A stretch of 64,000 bases of DNA from Nemertoderma westbladi (Eukaryota; Animalia; Xenacoelomorpha): contig JAUCBJ010006914.1 of assembly GCA_032718475.1 (NCBI GenBank), positions 7,886-71,885 on the forward strand. Direction: 5' to 3'. Made by a program: the position numbers and the translations under genes. Under the pieces are notes generated by a model. It saw nothing but the letters and a program-made list of their open reading frames with translations. It was not told the DNA's origin and searched no databases. Shown here one piece after another: positions 21,084 to 32,562 of this stretch. Positions within the stretch are counted from its first letter, which is position 1; each line of letters starts with the position of its first letter.

Positions 21084-22568
21084 ATGACTGAGTTGATAGA
21101 AGATGATCTTGGTATCAGGGAGAAATATACTCTACCGTTGCAAGCGTTTGTTGATAGCTTGATATGCAGCGACACTAGTCCAACTACTACGGAGGATGAT
21201 GGTCGTTATATCGAACCGCCGATGTCCCAGGAGTAACTTACGCTTGAATTGGACTATCGAAAATTCACTGCTCGCTATACGCATCGTAATGGTACGCATA
21301 TAGACTTCTTAACTGCTGGTCATCCTATCGATTTACACGATACGGATGATGTCGACACCGAAAGGGAAATGGTACTATTTAAATATCCTACCCAGCGGAG
21401 TCGGAACGATAACTGAAAATCGAATGCGAAAATTCTATTCGAAACGACTCGAAAGAGAAACGTTGTAAAACCGAATAAATATCACCAGCGTTTCCCCTAC
21501 AAGACGTGCGTCTTTGGTATTATTGCGATAAATGCCCAAGATCCAACCAACAAACGGAAAGACATAAACATCCGCGGAGACGTTGCTTTAAACACGGTTT
21601 TACTCACTATATTTACGGGAGTTTCGAGCGAAACTTGTTCGATGTATCACCTACGCTCGCTCGATTCAAACGATCCTTAAATAAACCCATGATCAGAGTT
21701 CCGGAATACTCGGTCAGACCTCCTCATTCCCTAGTTAGACCTCAGACTCTTGATCCTAATAGTATCACGGATCCTCCCGAACTGTACTCACTGTTCAAAG
21801 ATCTTGTGTTACCCGAACAGTTAGTCGGTGGCACTCCGGTTGTGGGCTCCCTAAATATTCGCCCATCTTACCTAGTTGGATTGGGACGCGGACATCTAAT
21901 ATCGCCATTCAACCATATCATCGTCCCGGTTTAACCCGATACAACCTGTCACCGAGGTGGAGGAGAGCGTTGTACGAAACGCGTTGGACACTATTCGTCA
22001 AAAGATCGGAAAAGGAACCTACAATTGTTTAGAGAAACGTAAATTGTAGCAGCAAGTCCAAGCGGTAAACGAATTAGCTTTATCTCAGTTCGATCAGGAA
22101 ATCCAGAATCTAACCAGTATCGAACTTGGACGACTCTACTCTAAAAGAGTTTTAGACGAATGCTTCCAACAACAAGAGGAGGAAAATCAGCTCGAGGAGA
22201 AGCATATCGATTCCGATAGAGCCCGAGAACGCGAGTTGAAAAGAATCATCAAACCGAGGAAATTTCTCACTACACACTGTCCACCTAATGCTCTTGTGCA
22301 GACGAATCGTCAGGGACCAGTGGGAGCTGCTGTCTTAAAATGCGCTCTCAAGGTTGTTCGACCTCGTTCCACTGAGGTTGATATAGATCAACCAGGTACC
22401 TCAACCGGCGGATACATCGACCGTAATTCTAAACCTTCCGATGCAATTGTATTGCACCCTTCACCAAGGAGTTATAGCCCTCCTAGTAAAGTGGCTCGCC
22501 CCAAAGAGAAAAGGACTCTTGCTAGCCTCAGAGAACTGCGTAAACGCCGTCCGCGCAAGAAAGACTAA
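21084..22568 (+). pseudogene. A1 accessory ORF X (~490 codons, unknown function), disrupted
   Basis: ATG MTELIEDDLGIRE; Cys/His cluster YCDKC..H.H..C..H; basic end LRKRRPRKKD; homologous to 26722-28242 with synonymous differences. Confidence 0.7.
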
Positions 22569-22646
22569 CTGTTTAGAGTATTTTTATATTTTAGAAACTG
22601 TGATTTTTTATATTTTATAGAATTAAATCCCATTTTCTGGGAGTGG

Positions 22647-23804
22647 TGTAAAAGCTATTGCGGAATTAGCTAGTCATTTTCCCCGCAAAGTACTCGGTAG
22701 GTGTTTTAGCGGACATAAAAAGCCGTTTCCTTACTGTACCGGTGTTTTAGTGGACATAAAAAGCCATTTCTTCTGTATGTGTACTTTAGCGGACATAACT
22801 AGCGATTTTATGTCGCAATAAGCCAAAATACTCTTGATACAGTGCAGTTCAGATGACGACATCTATCAGCTGATATGTCCACGTGTAACTTTTTCTTTGT
22901 TCGGTCGACCAATCAGAGCGATTTTCTTTGTGTTGGACAGTGCATATAGAAACTCACGCAATTCAGTCAGTGTGTATTTTTCCTAAGCCTAGAACACCGG
23001 CTGTGGAATTATTCTGTGTTTGAGACTTTAGCCAAACATTAGAACGGTTTTGATCATAGAAACGTATAACTGTTATTCTGCCAAACTGGCATACAGCCCA
23101 TATCATACCATACATACCTTTCAACGCATTATTTTACTGCTATTTACTGTCGGTTATTAATTGTATCAGTTGATGGAATATTGTTATATTTGGAGAATAT
23201 CGATAAATAATTGTAAAACCCCAAGCTTATTGATATACTGAAGGTGAGAGACCGGTTACATATAGCAATTGCGACTTACATTATATTGGTTTTGGAGTGA
23301 ATTTAATGCTATTTCATAAGCCCTACATGTGTCGGTTGCTGTTCTCTTTATATGTGACTAAAATTAGTGAAGGTCGGCAGATCGGTGTGCAGCATTGTGC
23401 GGTAGTGTGCATGAGTTTGATAGATAACAAAGCATCTCCTAAAGAATGCGCTTTATACGTGAATCAATAGCCATCCTGTTGTGTTTAGTGTAAGTCATAA
23501 CTCTGTTTACATACTTAGAGCGCCACGTCCAAAAGGAACTGTTGATATTTCCCGAAAGTGAATAATATTTGTCAGAGATTATATATTAACGATCAATCGA
23601 ATAATACAGTAGGCCTACACAGCAATAAGGTCAGAGCTTCCGAATCCAGTCTCCCGGGTAAATCCAGCGGGTGAATGGTCGCGCATAGGCTGGCTTCGGC
23701 TAATGTAGTGTATCAAATACTTGTCATAGGCTAAAGTCGATTTATAACCTAGAAGACACCTAAATTTGGCAGGTTAAACTGCTAAAGGTCTAAAAGCGCG
23801 AACA
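22647..23804 (+). repeat. 3' LTR of A1 (1158 bp), preceded by atypical PPT CTGGGAGTGG
   Basis: Direct repeat of 11288-12365; followed by TSD CCCAT. Confidence 0.95.
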
Positions 23805-23809
23805 CCCAT

Positions 23810-23945
23810 TGACTTACCACATTTCAAGTTTGAAATTGCACAAGATATTTCACCTGCACTAACGTTAATGTCGGCACTATACCGTATCCCCGAAAATAAG
23901 TTATTCAGGTCTGAGGTTGCCTCGTCATTGGACTCATTGCTATTA
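23810..23945 (-). pseudogene. Upstream continuation of the LINE ORF2 split by A1; 5'-truncated
   Basis: Minus strand reads ..INVSAGEISCAISNLKCGKS and joins MGPDGI at 11287 across the TSD. Confidence 0.85.
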
Positions 23946-24030
23946 GCGACAGAGAGGAGTGGATGGCAAGATGTCCGGAGGAACGTCCGGAAGAGACGCC
24001 GGTCCGGTTGAGAGGCATACAGTGAGTTAA

Positions 24031-25407
24031 CCCTATTAGTACCGGGCTATAAAATGTTGTACAAATACCGGGGGGGGGGGTCATATTGACCCCCCCACCC
24101 CCCCCCCCCCCCCCCCCCCCCCCCCTCTAAAATCTACAAATATTTACGAAAACGTCTGATTTTTTGTTTGTACGTAGGTATCACTTGTCTGGATCCGACC
24201 GAAAAAAAAGTTATTCGAAAAAATGTACTGGGGTGGTTATATTGCAGCACCAAAATTACAAGTAGTGCACAATTTTCACCAAATTTGAAAGTTACATTTT
24301 CGGCTAATTATTTTTCAATACAGGTTTTCTGGCGTGCAAAATACATTGGAAAATATTAAAAAATGATATGATTACTATAAATGGCTGTTTAGTCCTATCT
24401 GCGTAGGAAAAAAATGAAAAAAACAAGTAACCAGCTATTTTCAGTTAGAACACAAAATTTTTAATTCACTTATACGATGCTATAAATTCACATTTTCAGG
24501 TTTTCAAGGGCGCTGATTCTAATGGAATACATTTCTAATATGCCATATCATTGCTACTTGTATTTTTCGGCGTAATTTGGCAACTTTTGGTGCTAGCACC
24601 AAATTTCGTACCCATCATCAAAAAGTACAAGTTTGCGATGTCCAGTGCTGTTTTTATTGATTCCATCGGATTCAGGACCCTCATAAACCCGTATAATGCA
24701 AGAAACAAGGTGATACTATCTACTTATCAATTTGCATATTTTCCAAAATTTGGTGCTGGCACAACAATTTTCACCCACCGGCGAAAAATACAAGTTTGAG
24801 ATCTCTTATGAAATTTTTACTGATTCCATTGAATTCAGAACCATCACAAACCCGTATAACGCAAGAAACAAGGTGACACAATCAATTGATATATTTGATG
24901 GTTTTCAAAATTTGGTGCTAGCACCACATTTTGCACCCACATCCGAAAAATACAAGTTTGAGATGTCTAATTCAATAATTATATTTTCTATTGAATTCAG
25001 AACAGCCATAAACCTCTAAAACGCAAGAAATAAATTGTAACAAGCAATTTTATCTATTGAATGGATTTTCAAAATTTCGTGCTAGCACCAAAATTTGCAC
25101 ACAGCACCTGAAAATACAAGTTTGATACGCTTTGTTCAACTCGTATATATTTCATCGAATCCAGAAACCCAAAAAACCCCAATTGCGTAAAAAACAAGTT
25201 TCAAACGATCAATTTACAAAGTTGACTTATTTCAAAATTTGGTGCTGGCACCAAAATTTGGCACCCACCGAAAAAAACAAGTTTGAAATTTCTAAATCAA
25301 TTTAAATGAATTCCATCAAATTTCTAACACCAAAAAACCGGTGTAAATCAAAAATAGAGATGTTACAATTCATATTTAATGAAATGTAATTTTCAAAAAA
25401 ACGTCTC
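24031..25407 (+). mobile_element. piggyBac-type non-autonomous element (MITE), left part, interrupted by A2
   Basis: TTAA (24027-24030) then CCCTATTAGTACCGGG; inverted near-identical copy at 58493-60046; resumes after 41315. Confidence 0.85.
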
Positions 25408-26643
25408 TGTTCGCGCTTTCAGACCTTTAGCAGTTTAACCTGCCAATTTTAGGTGTCCTCTTGTTTATAAATCGACTTTAGCCTATAACAATTATTTAAT
25501 GCACATGAAGTAACATTAGCCGAAGCCAGTCTATGCGCGATCATTCACCCACAGTTAAGGGAGACTGGATTCGGATGCTTTGACCTTATTGCGTTGCAGA
25601 CCTACTGTATTATTCGATTGATTGTTACTATATAATCTCTGACAATATTATTCACTTTCAGGGAAATATTAACAGTTCCTTTAGGACGTGGCGCTTTAAG
25701 TATAAAACAGAGTTATGACTTATACTAAACACAACCAGATGGCTAATGATTTTCGTAAATAGCGCATTCTTTAGGAGATGCTTTATTATCTGTCACAATG
25801 CTGCATACGATTTCACACTGCTGCACACTGATCTGCCGACCGTCACTGAATTTGATCATATATAAGGAGGATAGCAACTGACACATGTAGGGATTATGAA
25901 ATAGCATTTAATGCACACTAAACCACTGTAATGTAAGTCGCAATTGCTACCGGTAACCGGTCCCTCTAACCTTTAGTAATCAAGAAGATTGGGGTTTTAT
26001 GATTATTTATCGATATTCTCCAAATATAACAACATATCCATCAACATATAACCATTAATAACAGACAGTAAACAGAAGTACAATAATGCGGTGATATTCA
26101 GCCAGTATCGTTAATACCGGTACCGCAGGTGCCAAGTGACCAGTTGTTATGGTTAGTTGCACAGTTGCACAGTGCAGCAGGGCCAGTAATGGATCCAGTC
26201 AGTCCAGAGATAATAGATTTACGTTCTTGTAATCAAAGCCATCTAATGTTGGCCAGATTCTGAAACTTCTAACACAGAAGTACAGAATAATTTCTAAGCA
26301 GTTGTTCTCGCTCAGAAAGGTAAAACCAAGACCGTCATGCATTGCGCGGTTTTCCGTAGGCCTCTGTGCAAAATAAAATGAAAATCGCTCTGATTGGTCG
26401 AGCGAGCCGAACAAAGAAAGTTAAGAAAGCTCCACATCGACATCAAATCAGCTGACAGATGTCGTCATCTGAACTACACTCTATTTAGAGTATTTGGCGT
26501 ATTGCGGCATAAAATGGCTTGTTATGTCCGCTAAAACACCTACAGGGTACATTGCGGAGAAAATGGCTTGTTATGTCCGCTAAAACAACTAAACAGTTTA
26601 TTGCGGAGAAAAATGACTGGTTATATCCGCAAAAGCTTTTACA
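25408..26643 (-). repeat. 3' LTR of A2
   Basis: Direct repeat of 40080-41315; preceded on minus strand by PPT-like CTGGGAGCAG. Confidence 0.95.
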
Positions 26644-26721
26644 CTGCTCCCAGAAAATGGGATTTAATTCTATAAAATATAAAAAATCACAGTTTCTAAA
26701 ATATAAAAATATTCTAAACAG

Positions 26722-28242
26722 TTAGTCTTTCTTACGCGAACAGCGTTTACGCAGTTTTTTGAGGCTAGCAAGAGTCCTTTTCTCTTTGGGGCGAGCCACT
26801 TTACTAGGAGGGCTATAACTCCTGGGTGAAGGGTGCAATACAATTGCATCGGAAGGTTTAGGATGACGGTCGGTGTATCCGCCGGTCGAGGTACTTGGTT
26901 GATCGGTATCAACCATCAGTGGAACGAGGTCGAACAACCTTCAGAGCACGTTTCAAGACAGCAGCTCTTACTGGTCCCTGACGATTCATCTGCACAAGAG
27001 CGATAGGTGGACCGGACCTTGTGTAGTGAGAAATTTACTCGGTTTGATGGTTCTTTCCGACTCGCGTTCTCAGGCTCTGTCGAAATCAATATGCTTCTCC
27101 TCGTGCTGATTTTCCTCCGCTTGTCGTTGGAAGCATTCGTCTAAAACTCGTTTAGAGAGTAGGGTCGTCCAAGTTCGATATCTTCTTAGAGATTCTGGAT
27201 TTCCCGATCGAACTGAGATAAAGCTAATTCGTTTACCGCTTGGACTTGCTGCTGCAATTTACGTTTCTCTAAACAATCGTAGGTTCCTTTTCCGATCTTT
27301 TGTCGAATAGTGTCTAACGCGTTGCGTACAACTCTCTCCTCCACCTCGGTGACAGGTTGTATCGGGGTTAAACCGGGACGATTATATGGGTTGAACGGCG
27401 ATATTAAATGTCCGCGTCCCAATCCAGCTAGGTAGGATGGGCGAATATCTAGGGAGCCCACAACCGGAGTGCCACCGACTAATTGTTCGGGTAACACTAG
27501 ATCTTTGAACAATGAGTACAGCTCAGGAGGATCCGTCATACTATTAGGATCAAGAGTCTGAGGTTTCACCAGGGAATGAGGAGATCTGACCGAGTATTCC
27601 GAACTCCAATCAGAGGTTTATTTAAGGATCGTTTGAGTCGAGCGAGCGTAGGTGATACGTCGAACAAGTTTCGCTCGAAACTCCTGTAAATATAGCGAGT
27701 AAAACTGTGTTTAGCGCAACGTCTCCGCGGATGTTTATGTCTTTCCGTGTGTTGGTTGGGTCTAGGGCATTCATCGTAATAATACCAAAGACGCACGTCT
27801 TGTAGGGGAAACGCGGATGATCTTTCTCCAGTTTTACAACGTCTCTCTCAAGAATTCCAAATATACGTTGAAGTCACTGCATTTATCCAGTTCTTTAACG
27901 TCTTCTTTAACGTAAATTTAACGTAAACTTTAACGTTAATCAAATATAATTTTCGTGTTCGATTCTCAGTTTGTCGTTCCGACTCTGCTGGGTATGATCT
28001 TTAAATAGGATCATTTCCCTTTCGGTGTCTACATCGTCCATATCGTGTAAAATTAGCGGTGAATTTTCTATAGTCCAATTCACGCGTGAGTTGTTTCTTG
28101 GACATTGGCGGTTCGATATAACGGCCATCGTCCTCCGTAGTAGAGGGACTAGCGTCACCGCGTATTAAACTATCAACAACGCTTGCAATGGTAGGGTATA
28201 TTGCTCCCTGATACCAAGATCATCTTCTATCAACTCAGACAT
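26722..28242 (-). pseudogene. A2 accessory ORF X, frameshifted
   Basis: ATG MSELIEDDLGIRE at 28242; ORF-track pieces 27566-27796, 27186-27569, 26722-26937 match A1 ORF X. Confidence 0.7.
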
Positions 28243-29967
28243 AGCTGCTATTTGAGTTTATCAATATTATAATTAATTATAATTAGGCTAGCGGGCGTCG
28301 CTGCCTACCCCTCATGGCCCCCGGACAGCACAAGATCCTCAGCGCTGATGTACTGTCGCCGCTGTGTCTATCGCCAACGTAGTAGCTGCACAACGACAAC
28401 AACAACCAGCGCGAGTCACTCCACTGTCCGTCCCAAGGGCTTAGATTTACTTCAGGTTCTTACTGCAGGGTTAGGGCTACTTTCACAACTGCGACTCGCT
28501 ACTGTAAACACACTTTAGTAGTAACATTCACCTATAAACGCACAAACTCCACACAACTGTCACAAAGTGTACACATTCGGGCCATTTGTCCGTTAGTCAA
28601 GTGCCTTCCAGAATGCCACGTTATTATTATGTATCCTTGGATACTAGCAGTGCACTATTTATTCCGTATGCTATTCAATGGGGCAAGCTTTCTATTGTTC
28701 TTTTAACTTGCTTCTAATTCTAGCGTGGTTTTTGCTATGGTGACATTATGGAAATCTAGCAGTAGAATTAGGGTAATTCTCATGCATACAGATCTGGGAT
28801 GCTATTTAATAGTAATTCTTTAATTGTCAATATTCCCCTTTATACATGATTTTATGAATTTTATCGGCTATTGACTATATATTGGAGATTCTCGCACACT
28901 AACATACTTAATAGGGTGAATCTCCGCTCCCATGATCTATTAATTAATGGAATTTTGGGAATGTTATAAATTGTATAAAATAACAATTTATCAAATTCAT
29001 GAAAGGATATGAATTTAAATTTATTCCCGTAAATTTTATTATTTAATATTAAAATAGGCACAATTTTATTCCAGAGCATGTCTGGGGACTGGGATCCTTG
29101 ATTTTAGGAAATTTGTCCTTAAGAGTATCGGTAAGTGCTACGATATCTTAATCGACTAGAATTTTTAAAGGATCTAAATTTTAACAGATCTTGATTTATA
29201 GATTTTCTCGGTTTACAAACTCCTTAGAGTTTATTTGCGTGCATTTACTCTATTATAACATTTGTTTTAATAGATTTTATAAATATTAACTATGTAATAT
29301 TTAAGATGGGCACCGATTTATTCCAGAACATGTCTGGGGACATTAACCACTGATTCTAGAATTTTGTCTTTCAAGTATATCGGTGGGTGCCGCGATATCT
29401 TAATCGACTAGAATTACAGATGGTCAAAGGGTTTAACAGATTTATTTGCATTGTACGCTACTGTTAAAGGGACATCACGCTACTATATGTATTATTTAAT
29501 ATACGGTATGAGAGCAATATTGCAATAAGCAATGTCAGTGAGAAGAGGCAAGTCGTTTCCAAGGTCTACCCAGAGCTTGGTTTAGCCGAGACACGAGGAT
29601 CTGAACTTTGCATTCCTAATACTCTACTTACCAATAATACTTGAGTATAGTAGGAGCTTTATTGTACTTTAATAAGTACGGACATTTCATCTTACTGTAG
29701 TCACGTATTTATAATATGATACGGACAGTAAGGAAAGAGAAAAAGAATTATTTCTCGCCGCTGCACTAAATATATAATATAAGTAATTAAGTAATAAACA
29801 CGAGTATATATTGCACTAATCTACTAAATAATCGCTAAAATAACATTCTACTAAATAAAATTAAAGAAAACGATTATTATAAAATTACATAATAATACAT
29901 ACCTAAATATAAAAATATTAAAAAACGAATATAAAATAATATGGTCATACACCCACTCCAGACGCTG

Positions 29968-31329
29968 TTACGTTGGGGAGTCCCTAGATGTTTGTTGGAT
30001 TAGGGAGGTGGTCGTGGGAAGAGTATCTTGCCTTCCATAGTTTCCGGACAGTTCTCTGTCTCTTTCCAGTAAACATAAACGACCAACTGGGCGATTGAGC
30101 TGCTGTGTTTCGAACACAATTCCAGGTTTCTTAAAGTTACGTTGCATGACGACGAGTTCTACCGATCGCACCAAACCATCATCTGAGATATGAGTCTCGA
30201 TGATACGACCTGTCTGCCACCACTTACGTGGAAGATCTGATTCCACAATAAGGACCATGTCTCCGGCGCTGATGTTTTCTTGCTGCGCAAACCACTTGGT
30301 TCGAAGTTGTAGCGTAGGCAGATAATATTTTTCGAAATGGTCAGCGAAACGACGGGATAATAACTGCATAAGTTGCCAAGTTTGTTGGCAGTATTCGTCT
30401 ATGTCCGTGATTTCCGATCGTGGGAGCATGGCTACAGGTTTCTTCAGTAGGAAGTGCGCAGGTGTTAGCGCTTCCAGGGAGTCGGTACTCGATGAGACTG
30501 GCATAAGCGTTCTTTCGTTAAGATAGGCGGTGATTTCTTCCATTAATGTCCGCAAAAGTTCGTCGGTGAGATACGCGCGGCATGGCACTATAAAGTGAAA
30601 TGTGGTCTTCACGCTTCTTATTAATCTCTCGCAACTTCCTCCCCACCAAGGGGCGTTGGCGGCATTGAATGTCCAGCTAGATGATGTTACCCTTAGCTGA
30701 TCGTCCACCTGTCTTTGGTTCCAATCTCTAACGTAAGCCTTGATCTCATTATTGGCGCCAATGAAGTTCGTCCCCTTATCAGATCTCATCGTGTTGCTAG
30801 TTCCAAAGCGAGCGATCTGTTGGCGTAGACTCAGTATGAAGCTGTTGGTAGATAGATCGTTCACCATATCTAAATGGATCGCTCTACAAGTCATACAGAC
30901 AAAGATGACACACCATCGCTTGACTATATTCCTGGCACGATATACTTCAATAGGGCCAAATAAATCCACACCAGTATTAGTAAAGGGTGGTTCATAGAAG
31001 CTTACTCGTTCCCTAGGTAATTCTGCCTCTCGCTGTGTTAAAGGCCTACTGAATGCTTTCCTACAGGGTATACAGTTCCTAAGAACTTGGTTCAGAGCTC
31101 TACGGGGTTTATGAAAATAATAGCGAGTTCGAATTTCGCTAAGAACTCGTTCTCTACCAGCATGGTAAAGCTTACTGTGAACATCTACAATCATCTTGAT
31201 TTGTATTTCAAGATTTCTAATGAGTATGGGAAACTTAGTGTCAAAGGATAATGGAGCATTAGTTAGTCTCCCTCCAACACGTATTAACCCATCTATCATT
31301 GTGCTAGAGAAACGATCCCTTAAGCGCAT
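29968..31329 (-). CDS. A2 integrase part of pol
   Basis: GLIRVGGRL, HHCC (H..YHAG..CIPC), PPFTNTGVDLFGP, SDKGTNFIGA, PWWGGSCERLI (DDE), LTPAHFL, GRII..DGLVR; separated from upstream pol by one in-frame TAG. Confidence 0.9.
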   Translation of the reverse strand: MRLRDRFSSTMIDGLIRVGGRLTNAPLSFDTKFPILIRNLEIQIKMIVDVHSKLYHAGRERVLSEIRTRYYFHKPRRALNQVLRNCIPCRKAFSRPLTQREAELPRERVSFYEPPFTNTGVDLFGPIEVYRARNIVKRWCVIFVCMTCRAIHLDMVNDLSTNSFILSLRQQIARFGTSNTMRSDKGTNFIGANNEIKAYVRDWNQRQVDDQLRVTSSSWTFNAANAPWWGGSCERLIRSVKTTFHFIVPCRAYLTDELLRTLMEEITAYLNERTLMPVSSSTDSLEALTPAHFLLKKPVAMLPRSEITDIDEYCQQTWQLMQLLSRRFADHFEKYYLPTLQLRTKWFAQQENISAGDMVLIVESDLPRKWWQTGRIIETHISDDGLVRSVELVVMQRNFKKPGIVFETQQLNRPVGRLCLLERDRELSGNYGRQDTLPTTTSLIQQTSRDSPT

Positions 31330-32562
31330 CTATGGATTTCTCAACAACAGGAAATACTTATCGGAATCTTCATAGCATTGCAGGAGTCTCAGTATCTGCT
31401 TATTGGTTTCTTCATGCTCCTGGTAACTGATCTTCTCCGTCAGAAACCTATCTGAGATTTTATATTTGGGAAGATCTTTAATAGCATGGACCTGCACAGA
31501 TGTCAGTGGAGCGGTATCACTAGCGATCTTCGTCCTGGAGTAGTGATGATGAAAGCATCGCTTTAAATATACGATGGCCTTACAAAGCCGATTCCAGGAG
31601 CTATAGTGATGTATCGCTCTCTGTATGAGAGGTGAGAGTCCCTGTGAAACGTCTGGTGTTCCAGATTTCCAGTCTCTCTCTCTGATTTCCACAACAGACT
31701 TATTTGTGGCGGGGGAGTTTAGATCCACAGCAACGTCTCCGGAAATATGTAGTACAGACAGATCTATCACGGGTTTAAATAACTTCGATTTACTCGTCCG
31801 GGTTTTAGGTTTGACTTTCTCCGCTCCCTTGGCTTGTCTAATCTCAGCCGTGGTGAGATGAGGAGGCCATTCATCCTCTTCTTTACTTAGGAAGTCGGGT
31901 CCACCTAACCAGTCTGGAGTGTCTGCCAGTTCTTGAGGAGTTGCTCCTCTGGAGGCGATGTCGGCTGGATTAATCGTCCCAGGGCAATGTCTCCATTGAT
32001 CTACACTAGTGCGACTAAGTATAACGACTACTCTGTTGGTAACGAAGACGCTGAACTGACAGACTTCATTGGTTATATACTCCATAACGAGTAAAGCATC
32101 AGTCCAATAGACAGTTTTCTCCAGTGGATAGTCGATCTGTTCTGTGACATTCCGGCCGATGGCTGTAGCGTATAGAGCTGCCTTTAACTCCGCTCGAGGA
32201 ACTCGTAGCTTGTAGTTTATCAAGGCCTTAGAGGTAACCAAGGCAACTTTAATTCCATCCGGAGTTTCAACCCTCAGGTAGGCTACTATACCTATTCCCA
32301 TATCGCTGGCGTCTCCAAACACATGGAGTTGATAGGAATATGTGGGGAGAACATGACCAAAATATGAACGGGAAATCGTAAAGTTCCCGATGGATGGTAG
32401 AGAATCTTCCCATTTCATCCACTTCTTTAGTAGTTCTCCCTTAAGTGGATCGTCCCACGAGTGGTTTTCAAGCCACATTTGTTGAACTAAACTCCGAGCA
32501 ACCAATATAACTGGGCGAATAAATCCCAATGGATCGAAATAAGTGCTCGGATACTTAGACAA
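31330..32562 (-). CDS. A2 RNase H region of pol (Pao-type)
   Basis: FDPLG, QLHVFGDAS, PRAELKAA, YWTD, WRHCPG.INPADIASRG; frameshifted from the RT ORF near 32550. Confidence 0.9.
   Translation of the reverse strand: MSKYPSTYFDPLGFIRPVILVARSLVQQMWLENHSWDDPLKGELLKKWMKWEDSLPSIGNFTISRSYFGHVLPTYSYQLHVFGDASDMGIGIVAYLRVETPDGIKVALVTSKALINYKLRVPRAELKAALYATAIGRNVTEQIDYPLEKTVYWTDALLVMEYITNEVCQFSVFVTNRVVVILSRTSVDQWRHCPGTINPADIASRGATPQELADTPDWLGGPDFLSKEEDEWPPHLTTAEIRQAKGAEKVKPKTRTSKSKLFKPVIDLSVLHISGDVAVDLNSPATNKSVVEIRERDWKSGTPDVSQGLSPLIQRAIHHYSSWNRLCKAIVYLKRCFHHHYSRTKIASDTAPLTSVQVHAIKDLPKYKISDRFLTEKISYQEHEETNKQILRLLQCYEDSDKYFLLLRNP

Larger units (their letters stand above)
11288..23804 (+). mobile_element. 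BEL/Pao LTR retrotransposon family A, copy A1 (internally deleted, non-autonomous)
   Basis: Two TG...CA LTRs; 5-bp TSD CCCAT (11283-11287, 23805-23809); interrupts the LINE RT; collinear with A2 but lacks RT and most of integrase. Confidence 0.95.

Noticed and set aside
26199-26414. 71-aa ORF present twice (also 40871-41086); likewise small ORFs in the MITE copies
   Set aside because: Duplicated only because they lie in LTRs/MITEs; not kept in A1/A3 LTRs; no motifs
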